A DNA stretch of 64,000 bases, taken from contig NC_043023.1 of NCBI RefSeq assembly GCF_006345805.1, positions 2,108,001 to 2,172,000 on the forward strand. The letters are read 5' to 3'. Source of the stretch: Octopus sinensis (lineage: Eukaryota). The position numbers and the translations under genes were made by a program. Below, one piece after another: positions 63,578-64,000 of this stretch. Numbering within the stretch: the first letter of the stretch is position 1; each line of letters opens with the position of its first letter. The notes below the pieces were generated by a model. It saw nothing but the letters and a program-made list of their open reading frames with translations, was not told where the DNA came from and ran no database searches.

Positions 63578-64000
63578 CATAATTGTGGCTGTGTGGTAAG
63601 AAGCTTGCTTCACAACCGCATGGTCCCAGGTTCAGTCCCACTGTATGACACTTTGGACAAGTGTCTTCTACTATAGCTTGTGAGTGGATTTGGTAGATGG
63701 AAAAAGTCCCAGGGTTAATTCATTCGACTAAAAACACAGGGCAGTGCCCCAGCATGGTCGCAGTCTAATGAGTGAAACAAATAAAAGAGAAAAGATATAT
63801 CCTTTACTTGTTTCAGTCATATGATTGCAGCCATACTGGAGCACCACCTTGAAGGGTTTTATAGTTGAATAATCTGTTTGATAATCCCTGGTAATCTTCG
63901 TTATTTTCCGTTAAAACTCAGCTACCATGTTGAGTTCACACTTTCACTCTCCCTTTTCCCATATATACTCTTTTACTTGTTTCAGTCATTTGACTGCGGC

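Overview
Very AT-rich, repeat-saturated eukaryotic DNA. It is most consistent with an Octopus (coleoid cephalopod) intron or intergenic region; this is inferred from the SINE families and microsatellite load, not proven. I find no confidently supported host protein-coding gene, tRNA, rRNA or CRISPR array. Nearly all track ORFs are translations of microsatellites or SINEs. Real coding remnants are transposon-derived: RTE-clade LINE fragments, mariner/Tc1 remnants and a probable L1/Tx1-type Cys domain. At least four tRNA-headed SINE families are present (labelled A-D here), with about 25-30 copies or fragments of family A. The most unusual signals are: (1) several hammerhead-ribozyme-like motifs, the best inside a perfect 64-bp-arm palindrome that is duplicated 908 nt apart by a SINE-SINE recombination; (2) a ~32-copy 119-bp satellite born from one SINE 3' tail, with an independent smaller repeat of the same event; (3) RTE 3' UTRs carrying different minisatellites; (4) many foldback elements. 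All coordinates and counts were read by eye; element ends are approximate to about 10-20 bp unless exact positions are given. Scattered 1-nt indels in tandem units may be long-read errors.
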